Part shown: one piece after another, positions 45,475 through 58,609 of the stretch
Layout of the letters: every line of letters begins with the position of its first letter
Numbering within the stretch: the stretch's first letter is position 1
Source of the DNA: Chrysomallon squamiferum
Taxonomy: Eukaryota; Animalia; Mollusca
Assembly: GCA_012295275.1 (NCBI GenBank)
Contig: CM022667.1
Coordinates: 17,236,001 to 17,300,000 of the forward strand
Length of the DNA stretch: 64,000 nt
Direction: 5' to 3'
Translations under genes and position numbers: made by a program
The notes under the pieces: generated by a model
The model's database searches: none
The model's input: the letters and a program-made list of their open reading frames with translations, nothing else
Told to the model about the DNA's origin: nothing

Positions 45475-46425
45475 CAAATACATTTAAATAAACAAATGAG
45501 GAATAATTAAAAAGAATTAACATACTTCGTAAATAGCGTGTGCGTGTTTTAATTTCTAACAGTACCCAGCCCTCATGTTCCCACCATGCAGCCCACGTGT
45601 TTGATGGGTCCCGGGATTGGGTTCCCTGGTGACCTTTGACACAGCAAACGTGAGGTGGGAGTCCGTATTTACATAGGTGGATGGTTAGGTGGGAAATTGA
45701 ATAATCCGCCGCAAATTGGAAATATCATACGCTTCTCGCCATGCAGCCATTGCAGAACGTGTTTACAACGCCAGTTAAACTCCTCGATTTCCAGCGGACC
45801 TCCTCGCGCCGGGGAGGTGGCAGTCCTCGCGGGGTGCAGGTGCGCCCGTGCAGCGATTCATTCCGTATGGTGGTGCATCCGACGAGATAAAGCTAATGAT
45901 GGAGCAGTAGGGATTCCTTGGTTTTCTCTCCCCGAGGTAGCCAATTTGTAGTTTGTTTGTTATTATTATTTTTCCAAGTCAGTTTTGTACTGTTATAAAT
46001 AAATACTGTATTAGCATTCAACGTTTAAATATTAGAAAATATATAAAACTAATTATGGTACTCGTAATATTATTTTTAAAATGCATATAATAAAAATAAT
46101 AATAATAATTGTCTTATGATCAATAAATAAATAACATAACATAAAACAAACATTAGAAAGCAAAGAAAGAAAATAAATTAATAATAATAAAGTAACAATG
46201 AATAAACGTTTTATTACCATTATTAAACTTTTGTTATCGTTTAAATTAAAATCTAAATACAAATATAGTACAAAAATATTATTCTGTTTAAATAAAACTG
46301 AAATACTTTGCATTTTTCATTCTTTAACCTCATTTATTTAGATTTGATACTAATTATCAAATATATATATATATATATGTTTTGTACATGTTGCTATTGT
46401 AACATTCAATATTATATTATTTTAT

Positions 46426-46461
46426 AATGAATGAATGAATGTTTAACGACACCTCAGCACG
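46426..46461 (-). mobile_element. SINE/LINE 3'-tail fragment of the same family
   Basis: aatgaatgaatgaatgtttaacgacacctcagcacg. Confidence 0.55.
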
Positions 46462-46586
46462 TGTTTTTTTTTTTTTTTTTATTTTTTTTTTTTTATTTCT
46501 CTCTCACTCTTTCTCTTTATAAATATAAATACACACACAAAAAAATTTTTTACCAAAATAAGATGGGTTATTTATTTACTAATTTG

Positions 46587-46666
<80 letters not shown>

Positions 46667-47334
46667 TTTTTTTATTTATTTATTTTTATTATTTTTTTTT
46701 ATTTGTTATTTATTTATTTTTTTCATTTATTATTTGTAGATGTTTTATTGTTTTGCTCAATTTATTTTTAGATGTTACTATTGTTTTGAGGTTAATTATT
46801 TTTAAAAGTTAAGAAAAAAACAAACAAACAAACAAATAAACAAAAATAAATAAATAAATAAATAAATAAATAAAAATAAAAATAATATGAAAAGAATCTT
46901 TTTTCTTCTTCTCAGTTTTCGATTTCGAAGTTAAGTTGATATCCGAGATTCAAACCTATTCTTTTTTCGCCACCACTTCAACTGTATTTTAGCTCTGCTT
47001 AAATATTTAGATAATATTCTCATAGTTACAAGCCACGTGTACGTTCAAATATAAAAATATGAACACAGTGTTTACATTATTTAATTTAGTTCAACAGACC
47101 CTTTTCTGTTCAAGGTATAACATTTCAGGATGGAGGTGTTTGAAAAGTATATACTGCAACATTTATAAAAATTGTATGACAAGAGGAAATTTGATATGTT
47201 TACTAAGAATATTCGTGTTCGTGATTTATAAAAAAAAAAATATATATATATATATTATTGTTTACGTATGAATAACTGGATATATCTGCAACGATAGAGA
47301 AAGAAAACAACAGGTAAAGGGTTTTGAAAAGGAA

Positions 47335-47402
<68 letters not shown>

Positions 47403-47984
47403 ATCACATCTTTCTATATTTTTATTCTATGTTTTTAAATATGTATGTATGTTTTTCATCACTAAAAATAAGCTGTTTACTCAGTCTTTCCAAACATTTT
47501 CTGCTATTTAATTTTATTTGTGGATTGTGATCTAAGGGAAATAACTCTATTTTAGTTGTTTGAGAACAGTGCTACATTTTGTTGGAAGTGATGTTTAGGT
47601 CTCTGAAAACGATATAAGAAAGCGTCACGAATTCCGTTTTGCAAGTACACTTCTTGATAATTTTATTTATATTATTTTAATTATCAAATAATAGCATTAA
47701 TTATACCGTTAATGTTACTGCTTTTAAACAGTTAAGATAGAATTTTATACCTGTATAATTGTATCCCATCTATTTCATTCAAAGTTAGTCAAAACAGTGT
47801 AAACAGCTGTTAAAAAAAAATATTAGTTTATTTAAATTATAATTTATGGTAAAATTCTATAACTCGTGTTTTTAAAACAAGATAATCGAAATGCTCAGCG
47901 AGCAGTAACATATTTTAAAAAAGGGGCAATAAATAAATAAATAATAGAATAAAATTTGTTTCCCAAATGAATGATATACATGTG

Positions 47985-49710
47985 CTGGTGGTTGAGTCAT
48001 GGTTAATGTCTTCAACCGAGCATATTGCCATTGACAACACACCTTTTGACCCGGAGTTCATGTAGACGGGAGTCAGGTTCGGCTTGATCTGATCAATCGT
48101 TTTGTTTAATTTTGTCAGGAGCAAAGATGGTAGGTAACATCTAGTCTGTATCTGGTGCTGAATGGTTTAACGACATCCCAAACCATGTATCCCTGGAATG
48201 ACTGTCTGGTGGTTTATCCGCAGCAACATGTCCTTATGTTGAACTCATGGCTGATGAATATGGTTTAAAACTTTGATTATGTTCTACTTATAAATAAATA
48301 TAACTCAACTGGACCCAGAAAAGGGTCCATATCAACAGATCATCATCTTATGTTAAAAAGAAAAATTAGTTCTAAAACGAGGTTTAAACTATAATTTATG
48401 GCGAAACTTTAAAAAGCTATCGCCTTTTAACGATGCAGAAATTTTAAAACAAGGCGTGAGCCTACAAATGTTAGAAACCTAGGAATGGTTCATTGTTAGA
48501 AATGCTTATCAGAGAGACATTCAGACATTTAACAAGTCAAGAATCTTTTGTGGAATACAACGACATGAATACATCGAAAGGAGTGATTTGATGTAGGGAT
48601 CCGAAGGTGTCAGTGAGGAAGAAATTTTGAAAATCTCTCCCAAGGATGTCACCCGTCTGTCAAGCAGATAAAGGTATGGGAAACGAGGTTGTTCCAATAA
48701 GTCCTGACATTGAATGTCTTCCAGATTCTGAGCAAGATATTAGTATATTTCTCTTGTTCCAACCCTCCTTTTTTGAATGTCCAAATATGGACATGTTCAA
48801 TACATGTCGACGGACACGTCAGGTTCAGTTTGACCATGAAAGCAAGACATGTCAAAATTTTGGTTAATTTTCGAGGAGTGCTCAAAGTGGAAACTGGAAA
48901 AACGGTACAACTGTCGAAAGAAAACTGTATCCCATAAGAGTTGGTTGTAGAGTCGTTTTCAACAGCATTAGAGTGTCTGCACATCAACCATGTTATTCCT
49001 GAAATGACTGGTGGTGGTTTATCCAAAAAAAACAAAAACAACAAAGAAACATGTAAAGCAAAAACTCAAAATTCTAAATCGGTACACAATTCTTTGAAAA
49101 CTCTTAGTGGCTGATGAGGCTATGGTTTATGAACCTTAACCACTAAGAAACAAGAGTGAACTCTGCTTCAGAAAAAATTAAAAAAGCTCAGAAACAAGTG
49201 AGTCTGTCCAATAATCCTGACAAAACTTTGACCCATGCAAATGGATATATCAGAAAATTGTCCACAACCTCAAAAATCACCGGATGAAAAGACGAAATTA
49301 AAACCCATTAGTTCTAAAATCCAGCTTTCAGTGGAATTGCCGTCACTTAGGCCCAGTTTTAATTAATTGAGCCTTTTAGTGGATAAACATAATCCCACTG
49401 CAGTGTATCTTCAGGAAACTTTCCTTAAAGATACTGATCCTATTACTGTTACGATGCAAATAATTCCAGGAAACTGAAAGCAGAGCATCTGGGGTTGTTT
49501 CTATTCTTGTTAAATGTGAATGAACGAATAAATGATGAATGGTTGTTTAACGACATCACAAAAAAATATCAGCTTATCTCAAACAAAGAACTATATATTA
49601 ACTATATAAAAATTCAAAATTAAAATTAGTCAAAATCTTTTAATGAGAATATTCCCCAGAGACATTAAATACATCGAAAGGAGGCTGTTGAAGTTACAGC
49701 TCATAAAACT
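47985..49710 (+). mobile_element. Decayed I/Nimb-type LINE, copy A (internally deleted relative of copy C)
   Basis: Collinear similarity to copy C in the 5' UTR (ctggtggttgagtc...caaccgagca.attgccattgacaacacacc...gagcaaagatggtag), ORF1 blocks (gaaaggagtgatt...gtagggatc...gtcagtgaggaagaaattt) and ORF2 start (cagtggaatt...cttcaggaaactttccttaaaga). Confidence 0.88.
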
Positions 49711-50159
49711 GATCAGCCATAGGAAGATATGGAGGAAAATCCCTCTTCATGGCAGATAAGGTTTGCGACCATGACTCAAAACTGTCTCATCCTTCCTGCA
49801 CTTTTTTTGCCATAAAGGTATGGCTTGACAAATGAAGTTTGTTCGCGATCGCACCGTCGATGAATCTGTAATCTTTCAACATGATAAAGTAAACGTATTT
49901 TATCCTGACATTGAAAACTGAATATTCACTATACGAACTTAATTCAACACATGAGAGAACTTTTACGAAAAGATTTTTTTTTTTTTTGATATCTGTTAAT
50001 TCCTTTTTAATATATTCTGTCAAATATAAAAATGTTTTTAAAAATTGTTTATATCCTAGTAAGTTAATTGACAGGGTGTCTGAATAATATTGATCATTTT
50101 TATGCCGATTTCTAGTTGGTGGCAATAATAAGTGATTAATAATTAAAATTAAAAAAAAT

Positions 50160-50625
50160 TAAAAAGAGAGACTTTGAAAAGAGTCCATGTAGAAGTTTTG
50201 AGCTTATCAATCTCGGATGAAAAGTCTATGATAAATGGTGTGAATAAATCGAAGGTTACTTCTTTCTCATTCATGAACAAGATTTCTAGTTATTAGGTCC
50301 TCCAATGAAGGAGCCTTGCGTAAAACATCTCCATTTGCCATTTAAAAGGGACTCGCTGCTTTGGCCAGTGAACCCCTAAAATCTCAAAAAGCTTCGGTAT
50401 GGTTCACAGCCTTTATAATGTTAAACTGAGAAACCTTCCTGATGTCTGCTTAAATCTACCGTATTGTGCAGTACTGCAATAAGAGTTACTGCACATAACT
50501 CTCCCTTAAATCGTACAAGAATTTCAGAAGATGAGATATGTGAAAATCTCTCTTCCCAAAGGGGCATCATTTGTGAAGCAGATCAGTGTTTATCTGAATA
50601 ATGAGTTAGTTCCATCGTTGATCCT
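50160..50625 (+). mobile_element. LINE ORF1 fragment, copy B (more diverged)
   Basis: Translates as RFLVIRSSNEGALRKTSPFAI*KGLAALASEP, and later EDEICENLSSQ and NNELVP, matching ORF1 of copy C. Confidence 0.78.
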
Positions 50626-51470
50626 CGCTTTAGCAAACCATTAATGGAACTGCGTAGATTCATCAGAACTTTTATTAATATTTTTTAAAAATACTTTAAA
50701 TGTCATTTAATGTGATACTTGCATTTTATATTATACAAATAATTTCTATATCACTCTCTATTTGACGTCCAATAGCCCAATTATAAGATGTATCAGTACA
50801 TCAAAGGTTATATTACCATTTTGGGATAATAAAAGAGTTAAGAAAATAAATAAGTTAATGTACAATTTGTCACTGAACGTTATACGCTTCTGTTAATTTT
50901 GCTTATATCTTTCTGCGCACTTAAATATTAATTACTAAAAGAGTTATTTCCAGCTGAAAACCTCGCAAACCGAAGTTTTTAAATTATTCAAATTTATTGA
51001 AAAATCCAGCACTAAGTCTGGCAACTACCGAGTTTTAGCTCTGCGTGTGCAATAACTTCATCATGGTGCGGGAGTGAATATTCTTAGAATGGCCAATAAC
51101 TGCACAACTCGTCGTGCGATCCGTGAAGAGGACGATGGGATCCTGGTGGTTGAGTCGTTATTAATGTATGCAACCGAGCACATTGCCATTGACAACACAC
51201 CACTTTGGCCCGGAGATCATGAACTGAACGGATCAATCGGCTGGTCACGCCAAGCTCAAGAGCTTACCACCATTGTTTAGTTTAATTTTATCAAGAGCAA
51301 AGATGGTAGTAACTTCTAGTCTGTATCTGTTGCTCTTGGGGCGGTGGCAAGGGTCAATCAGGAGATTTATATATTTGTTGCCTGAGTGTATTAATCATGT
51401 ATCTCTGGTATGACTGTCTGGTGGTTATCCGCAGCAGCATGTCCCCTTGTTGAACTTCAATTACTCAGTT

Positions 51471-52693
51471 ATGGCTGAACTTAAAATAAATTTAACTCAA
51501 CTATTGAATCATCATCTTCTGATGAAGAGTCTACAAATACTGTGAAAAAATCAAAATGTATTTCTTCTAAAACTTGGCCGAGGTTTCTCGTCATTGCGTC
51601 TGCTGATGACGAAGCCTTGAAAAACTTATCGCCTTTTACGATACAGAAGGGGTTCCAAATTTTGGCCGGTGAGCCTAAAAATGTTAAGAAACTCGTGAAT
51701 GGTTCATTGTTGGTAGAATCCCCAACAGAGAGTCATTCTGAAAATTTACTTAAGTCAAGAATTTTGTGTGGCATACCAATTGGAGTCCGTCTGCACACAA
51801 CACTACATACATTGAAAGGAGTGATTCAGTGTAGGGATCTGGAAGGTGTCGTCAGTGAGGAAGAAATTTGCGAAAATCTCTACTCACAAAGTTTCATATC
51901 TGTCAAGCAGATAAAGGTACGTCGGAACGAGCTTGTTCCAATAAGTTTTTATTCTGACATTGAATGTGCCCACTCTTCCAGATTCTTTGAAAGTAGGATA
52001 TTTGCATGTTCATGTTGTGTCATACATTCCAAATCCTCTACGATGTTTTAAATGTCTCAAATATGGACATGGACAGAACACATGTGGTAACAGATTGAAT
52101 TGTTCGATGTGGACATCTTGATGACAGCAAGACATGTCGAAATGATATGACATGTACCATTTGTGGAGGAAAACACTTTGCGTACTCGCGAGAGTGCCTG
52201 AAGTGGAAACTGGAAAAAAACGGTACAATGTATAAAGTCGAAAGAAAACTGTCATTCCCTGAGGCTTGAAAAGTGGTAGAGTCATCTTCAATAATTGTAG
52301 CAAGTAAATCAGATGCAGCCGCTGGTAGGGTTTCTACAGCAAACACTGACATTCAGACTGACTTAACATGGCCAAACGGTGTAGACAAATTTAAAACGAT
52401 TTCGGATATTGAAAAACAAAGAAACAGAATGCTAAAGGACAAAATTCTTTGGATTCTAAAAATCTTTCAAAGGGTTCATCTGCCGGGCTGCCAGCGCACA
52501 GCAAGCTGCCTTCTGGAAAAGAGACCAAGAAACACAGTAAGGATTCTTCTTCAGAAAGATTAAAGAAAGCTGGAAAACAACTGTTTCTGACCAATAATCC
52601 TTGGATGATCTGACTGATAAATCAGAAAATCGTCCACAACCTCGAAAATCACCGGAAGACAAATTAAAACCCATACTACCTACTAATGACTAA
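51471..52693 (+). pseudogene. LINE ORF1 (gag-like nucleic-acid-binding protein with three zinc knuckles), frameshifted
   Basis: Track ORF 51542-52051, plus manual translation at ~52024-52215: IPNPLRCFKCLKYGHGQNTC...RCGHLDDSKTC...CTICGGKHFAYSREC. Contains frameshifts and stops. Confidence 0.85.
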
Positions 52694-53315
52694 TTCCGTT
52701 ATTCAGTGGAATTACCGTGGTCTTAGGCCCAGTTTTAATTAATTGTGCCTTTTAATTGATAAACATAATCCCACTACAGTGTGTCGTCTTCAGGAAACTT
52801 TCCTTAAAGACTCTGATCCTGTTACTGTCAGGGTTTTTAATCTTCACTACAAATTCCAGGAAAATGAAAATTGAGCATCTGGGGTTGTTTCCATTCTTGT
52901 TAATGAGAATATAACCCAAGTTACATTAAATACTAACTCACAGGATGTAGCTGTTAAAGTCACAGCTCATAAAACTATAACACTATGTTTCAGTTTTAAC
53001 CCTCAAGATCTCTAAGATCTCATAGACCAAATCCCATCTCCTTTTTATCGAATGGGAGATTTCAGTGGTCGTAATACATTGTGGAGATGTGAAGAGGTTA
53101 ACACTTAATTCTCAAAAATAATTTGATTCTCTTTAATGATAAAAGTCACACATATTTTCATTCTGCAAGAGATACGTTCACTTCAGTATATTTAATCCTT
53201 TGTAGTCCATCAGTTTATCTCGATTTCTTCTGGGAAGTTGATCCCGATCCTTTGGTAGTGACCATTTTTCCCATTTTCTTGGAAAATAATGGACCACCTT
53301 CTCTTCAAATGGTTC
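52686..53315 (+). pseudogene. LINE ORF2 N-terminal AP-endonuclease domain, disrupted
   Basis: ATG at 52686 overlaps the end of ORF1. Translation MTNSVIQWNYRGLRPSFN*LCLLIDKHNPTTVCRLQETFLK carries APE motifs, followed by ASGVVSILV and MGDF. No RT domain follows. Confidence 0.85.
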
Positions 53316-53496
53316 TTATATTTTAAATTCCATGGATTCGTACGTCAGGATTGCCAAAAGTGTGACTTATAATTTGATTTTTTATTGATAATTATTTCAT
53401 CCTGATGATACTGTTGTTAGTAATTAAACAAAACACCACAAAAAAAAAAAAAGATAAATAATAAATAAATAATAATAATCATAATAAAAAAATAAA

Positions 53497-53604
53497 TAAA
53501 ATAAAATAAAATAAAATAAAATAAAATAAAATAAAATAAAATAAAATAAAATAAAATAAAATAAAATAAAATAAAATAAATTAAATTAAAATAAAATAAA
53601 ATAA
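53497..53604. repeat. (AAAAT)n pentanucleotide repeat
   Basis: About 20 units of aaaat/aaatt. Confidence 0.95.
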
Positions 53605-54054
53605 TTAATAAAAAATGAAAGGAAAAATAAACGGAAAAAAACTACATTTTGGTGGCGTAATTAAAACCACACTTTTAGGTAATTACAACATTTTACAGAC
53701 ACGTGACGACAACCTGTTATTAACGCTATTAAAACATATTAGTCTGTTGGGAAATAAGAACTATGTACATGGCTATTTTGGCACCACCACTGGAGAGTGG
53801 CAGTCCTCCTATATACAGGTTTACAATTTAACGCACTAATAATACATGGATGTTGGAATATGAGACCACTTTGTTCAGTGAAAACTAAGTTATTTTCTAC
53901 AACAACATAAAAACGGTACAATTAGCGACCAAATTTAGCGGGGAAATGTTAAAAAAATAATAATAATAATAATTATAATAATAATAAATATTATTCAAGA
54001 ATGGAACAATGGCATCAAAGGACGACTAAAACATGCAGCTGTTAGAAACTTTGA

Positions 54055-54106
54055 TCTAACAGCGCAGTATCACAAACCAGTCTAACAGCGCAGTACCACA
54101 AACCAG
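54055..54106. repeat. 26-bp tandem duplication x2
   Basis: tctaacagcgcagtatcacaaaccag tctaacagcgcagtaccacaaaccag. Confidence 0.9.
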
Positions 54107-55947
54107 TCGAGACAGAAAGCTCCAGTAAGACGATTTACAGATCAGTTATGATGTACGTATTCTCTACATAAATAAATTAATATTCAGTATCGGAATATTA
54201 GAAACTTCCACGGCTTCAACCCTCCAGCAGCCGTTTTATGGTTTGTGGTATAAAGGACCGCTTCTGTTTTACAAATGAAGTGATGGCCATGCTTTTATTC
54301 GTACATGTCACGTATTATCGTTTAGTCATTGTGAGTGGGGTCGATGATATTTCTGGAATGTATAGTATAGTTACAGCCTAAAATAAAATTAATAATTTAA
54401 AAAAGAAAGGAAAAGAAAATATTTTTATTTCAATGAACATCGGTTGAATTTGATACACTGTACTTCATCAATATGGAAGACTAGGAATGCATATATACCC
54501 GACACCGAAATTCTACCAGTCTGAATCCACCAACACGAAACGATATAAGCACGACACTGACACGAAATGTAGTTTCGGTCAATGTGACGTTTTTTTCAAA
54601 AGGGGGTCTATACTGGATTTTTCAAACTATATATATTATGTGGCTCTTACAGAGATTATAAAGTCAGAATTCTAATAAAATAACAGAAATAACAAAATCC
54701 TATAAAATTCACTAACTAGCTTCATTTTAAAGGCAAAAATAAATAAATAAAAATTCGTGAACATACACAAAAATGCATGTACTTCCTACCAGAAATCAGA
54801 AGGACTTTCACATTTACACGACAAAAGTGTATTATATACTGAAATTTAAATAGAAAACAAAATGAAAATAAAAAAGATTTTATAATAGTTTATGATAAAA
54901 TATAATACAAATTTGTACAATGGCATCATGTTTATTAAAAATATAATAAAATAATAATGAAAAAATGGTTCTTATATTTTAAATTCCATGGATTCGTACG
55001 TCAGGATTGCCAAAAGTGTGACTTATAGTTTGATTTTTTGTTGATAATTATTTTCAGTATGATTTACAGTATTCAGTATTATGTTGTAATATAAAGAGGT
55101 TACCGTTCCAGTCGACACTGAATGATGACTTTGGTCTGTGAAGATTTGGACAATGTAATTGACTTAGGGATGAAATATTTATTGACAAATAACAATGTAA
55201 GACTTGAAATACATCTTTCTGTTTTTGTGCTAAAATCAGCCTTTTTTTTTTTTTTTTTTTTTTTTTTCTCTTCTTGTCGCTCAAGTTTTCATGTCTGCTA
55301 GAAAACAAAGCTTGTAGAAGCAGGTATTTGTTTAAAATACGTCTGAACATTGATAATAAATTATGAAATTTAATTGACAAGTTCAAATTATTGGTACAAA
55401 TTATTTATATAATATAAAAAAATAAAAAAAAAAAAAAAAAACTTTTTACTCTGCGATACGTCTGAACCTGAGAACTAGGATGCTCCACTGATTCAAAAAA
55501 AATAAATAGCAATAACATAAATGATAACGCCATGCTTTTTCTAATTATTTTCATCAAAATATATTGTTCAGTTCGGTTAGGTGCCACTGCAAAAGAGAAT
55601 AAAATTGAGCAAAATCACCATTCCGTTTGGGTATTTGGATTAGTGTTTTGTGTTGATCTGCGACTAGCAACCCATGTGTAGTATTTGTTTAACTGGCCGA
55701 GAGGTTTGTGCTGAAGAGAGCAGTCATCTCCGAAACCAGACGCACGCTTGGGATTTGGTGGGCACTGAGAAGTTAATGAGTTGACTTTAACTGCGGTGAT
55801 AAAAGTGCTAAAATCTTTACAAATGACACTGCCAGCAGTTAACTATTAATGTGCTCACATTTACAGATAACTGTTAGGCTTAAAAAAAAGACTTGCTGTG
55901 CTGACATGTTTTAAATTGACCACCATATTGGCGGTTATCAAATTAGT

Positions 55948-55992
<45 letters not shown>

Positions 55993-57469
55993 AACAACAA
56001 CAATAATAATAATAATAATAATAATAAAAAAGTGGTCACATTTTTTCTTTTCACTGCTCTGATAATAATAAGAAAAAAGAAAAAAGAAAATGTTTTGGAT
56101 AGTTCATTTACACTTTATATTTAGAATCTGCTGTATTTGTCGCATATTGTATTGATTATAATTATTATTATGATTTCTCTTATTTGATTCATTAACTTTA
56201 TTTTATCTTCAAGAACTATGTTATTTTGCAAAATACGATCACTGTCACGAGATACGTAGTTTTGAAATGGCTGGGCAATGAGAAGTTAATGACTTGAAGG
56301 TAAGTGCCTAATTGTGTTTGTAGAATTCGGCAAGAAGACACTACAGTATTCAGTAAAATCTACAATAAAAATTCATTGTAATTCATGATTATTCAATATC
56401 ACAAGATGATGCGACGTTAAGTCTTTGCGATAATACCTTTTAAATATTATGGGTTTTTTTAGACCTTAGTTGACTAAATATTAATTGTTTTTTTTTGGGT
56501 TTCTTTTTTTTTTTTTTTTTTAACAAAAGCGATGATAGAGGTGTGAAAAATAATAAAATAAAAGCAAAATTAACAACAAAACAAAATCATGCTTAATCCA
56601 TATAAAGATCTAATTTAGTAGTTTGAAAAAAAAAAAAAAAAAATAAAATTCCTGTACATAACAAACATTCTCAAACACAACAGCAATAAATGACAGACCG
56701 TTGCTTCTCAGTGCTGCTTAGTATTCGTTTTTGATGACGTCACCCAAGCACTGGCACTAATAAGAAATGTGCTTTGTTTCTTATAATCATAATTTATGAT
56801 CACATAGTTATTAGTCTCTTTAATAATTATTATAAATAATAAAATAAGACTGTTTCTCTGAAATTAAAATTAACAAACAAAAGGATGTTGCACGTCCATT
56901 TTTTTTTTATTATTATTATTATTTCATTTTGTTGTTTTTTTACGTCCACCATTTTGCATCTGATTTACTGCGAAATGAAACTGTTTTATAATGAAATCAT
57001 GATTTCAGTAATGAATACAGCTAGACAGTTTATTATTAATCGGTCACAACTACTAAGAAAAGTAGTTAATCCATATAAACAAACGGTTAACATAAAATAT
57101 GAATAAACGCTTTCCTTTATATCGCAGTTTTGTCTAGGTACTTAAAAAATAATAAAATAAAATAAAAATTATACCATTCCGAAGATCATTAACATCTAAC
57201 CATTTTTTTTTTTTTTTTTTTTTTTTTTCTCTCGAATGTTGTCGGAAGATTTATATTTATTGTCTAGCAGTGTTGTCTTTGAAGTCTATAGCATTTTCGA
57301 TGATTGTCCTTAATGAACTGAAAAGCGACTGCTGTTAGTTATATCTATAATTTTTGTAGTTTGCTTAAATATCAGTTAATTTAATTACCTGAACAAATAT
57401 AATTACAGGCTTGCTATTGACAGGTTTCTATTTTATTTTATTTTAATTTAATTTATTTTATTTTATTAT

Positions 57470-58290
57470 CCGAAAAGTCATCTGCCGATACGTTAGCAAA
57501 GTCATCATGAGACGTGAGAGACAAATGACGGACAGTGTTAGATTCTGTTCTTCACACACATTTGACTTGTGCTTAGAAGTTTAACCTGGAGACAGTTTCC
57601 TCAATATGTCTTATTACTGATAAATTAACTGATGCTTTGGTTCTAACAATGACTGCTGTCGGCTGGTTTACGTTTAGCCTTTCAAGGGCTCTCTGATTGC
57701 ATCTTAATACCCGACATAAAAAGTATGATTTATTTACTGCTACCGCCGATATCTTAGGAATAGTTTCTTTTGCAATATTCTTCAAGATGGAAGTATACAA
57801 AGATATGGGATCATCAGCACATATGCCAAAATTGAATCCAATTTACCTTCGTTAAAAGAGAAGATGGAAAGCGGTCAGTACTGCATGGATGAGGACTGAA
57901 CTAATCAAGATAAAGTGATAAATGTGTTGAAGTGAAGCTATCACTTGCAGAATAAAATATATAGGGGTTTTGTCATTAAAAAGAATCCATACATTTTTGC
58001 TTCTTTTTGTTTTTGAAGGGCTTTCTGTTTGTTTTTCAGACTTTTCAATGCCTGACAGCTTCCTGTGTTTTGTTCCATAATCTCGCCAGGTAATGTCAGT
58101 TTGAATTTTAATGCCTCTCGAAGAATCTTTGATTGACTTAATACAGCAGATGGTTCCTGGTTGCCTCAATGCTTGAAACGACCTGTTTCACGGTTTCCCG
58201 ATTTGCACATTTCATCTCTTGTCCTTTGAATCTTTTTGTCAATTTTCCATCTTGCACATGCACATTAATGTCTAAAATGATCACCCGTTC
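57470..58290 (-). mobile_element. Heavily deleted LINE, copy D (ORF1 tail plus ORF2 endonuclease and linker remnants)
   Basis: Minus-strand ILFNDKTPIYF matches ILFNDKSHTYF of copy C. ADDPISLYTSILKNIAKETIPK resembles the post-endonuclease linker of this LINE group. IQTDITW matches ORF1 IQTDLTW. Boundaries approximate. Confidence 0.75.
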
Positions 58291-58550
58291 AGTTGATACA
58301 TTTTTATTTTTTTTTTTTTTTTTTATTGTTTTATTTATTTATTTTAAATAATGTAATGTGTAGAATTCATCAAGTCCAACAAGGGTTAAAACTAGTCAGT
58401 CATGGTTGGTACACGCGGGCAATACATACGATTGACCCTAGACGCCGCCACAAGATCAACAGAATAATAAAATGTTTGTTCTTAACAATAAATAAAACAG
58501 TGTGTTTTAGCTCTTGAGATTGGCATGTCCAGCCCATTGGTCAGAATGAC

Positions 58551-58609
58551 ATAACCATAACGAATAGACGTTTTGTTATTACTGGGGTGTCGTTAAACAT
58601 TCATTCATT
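58551..58609 (+). mobile_element. SINE/LINE 3'-tail fragment ending in (ATTC)n
   Basis: ctggggtgtcgttaaacattcattcatt. The same motif recurs in reverse at 46426-46461, 48160-48181, ~49520-49560 and 61419-61465, and a related piece lies at 50761-50777. Confidence 0.6.

Larger units (their letters stand above)
51058..53315 (+). mobile_element. Decayed non-LTR retrotransposon (I/Nimb-type LINE), copy C: 5' UTR, ORF1 and 5' part of ORF2, 3'-truncated
   Basis: ORF1 reads WPRFLVIASADDEALKNLSPFTIQKGF...GEPKNVKKLVNGSLLVE followed by CCHC knuckles. ORF2 reads IQWNYRGL...LQETFL...MGDF...LFNDKSHTYFH. The 5' UTR is shared with copy A. The 5' boundary is approximate. Confidence 0.9.
53307..55053. repeat. 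~91-bp direct repeat (53307-53397 and 54963-55053)
   Basis: aaatggttcttatattttaaattccatggattcgtacgtcaggattgccaaaagtgtgacttata.tttgatttttt.ttgataattattt occurs twice with 2 mismatches. Confidence 0.93.

Noticed and set aside
45795-45835. GACCTCCTCGC, resembling the HDV-ribozyme P3/L3
   Set aside because: The next bases (GCCG) cannot close P3 with ACC, and I found no P1/P2. The segment instead forms a simple 9-bp hairpin.
51060-51460. Self-cleaving ribozyme in the LINE 5' UTR
   Set aside because: I could not fit a hammerhead core or an HDV double pseudoknot by eye; an Infernal/Rfam search would be needed.
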